From Felis catus (lineage: Eukaryota): a DNA stretch of 64,000 bases. Positions 63,712 to 64,000 of the stretch are shown here, one piece after another. How positions within the stretch are numbered: the stretch's first letter is position 1; each line of letters opens with the position of its first letter. The stretch is from NCBI RefSeq assembly GCF_018350175.1, contig NC_058383.1:22322001-22386000 (forward strand), in the 5' to 3' direction. The notes beneath the pieces are model-generated. The model ran no database searches, had not been told where the DNA came from, and saw only the letters and a list, made by a program, of their open reading frames with translations. The position numbers were made by a program, and so were the translations under genes.

Positions 63712-64000
63712 ACTCACTCATTTATTCAACAAATATTTAATCAGGCCCTCATGTGCACCCAGCACTGCTCCAGGATGCAGCAGAAACAAGGCAAGCAGAT
63801 CCCCAGCCTCGTGAAGCTCATGGTCCAGTAAACACCCAGGAGGAATTTCAGAAAGGATGTCAGCAAAGGCCTGTCTGGAGAGGAGACTTCTAAGCCAGGG
63901 TGACATTTAAAGCTGAGACAAAGAACATGAGCTTAGCATCTGAAGAGGAAAGTATTCAGGGCACAGGGAACCACACAGCTGCAAAAACCCTGGGTGGGGA
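63712..64000 (-). mobile_element. L2 LINE 3' end (continues beyond the window)
   Basis: 'cactcactcatttattcaacaaatatttaatcaggccctcatgtgcacccagcactg'. Confidence 0.8.

Overview
This is mammalian non-coding DNA from a carnivore, almost certainly a felid. It carries about 35 tRNA-derived CanSINEs, several with young SINEC_Fc-type diagnostic sequence and intact target-site duplications (TSDs). It is also dense in old eutherian repeats: MIR, L2, L1M-family fragments, MaLR/ERVL LTRs, Tigger1/Tigger2a/MER44, and hAT MITEs. I found no convincing protein-coding exon, RNA gene, CpG island or CRISPR array. The long ORFs I examined overlap repeats, and I recognised no protein family among the rest, so the window is intergenic or lies within a large intron. 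I could not identify the host locus. The most notable items are: (i) a near-perfect 6 x 126-bp tandem array (20031-20786) that amplified the junction between an old L1 fragment and a Tigger2a terminal repeat, creating a stop-free 295-aa repeat ORF; (ii) an unassigned ~0.9-kb segment (34590-35455) with codon-like periodicity, split by a MER5A, which may be a decayed retrocopy or viral fossil; (iii) a few dense transcription-factor motif clusters; (iv) several informative SINE insertion scars. Repeat family names come from my recall of consensus sequences, not from a search, and boundaries of old repeats are approximate. I see no solid evidence for a novel biological system.
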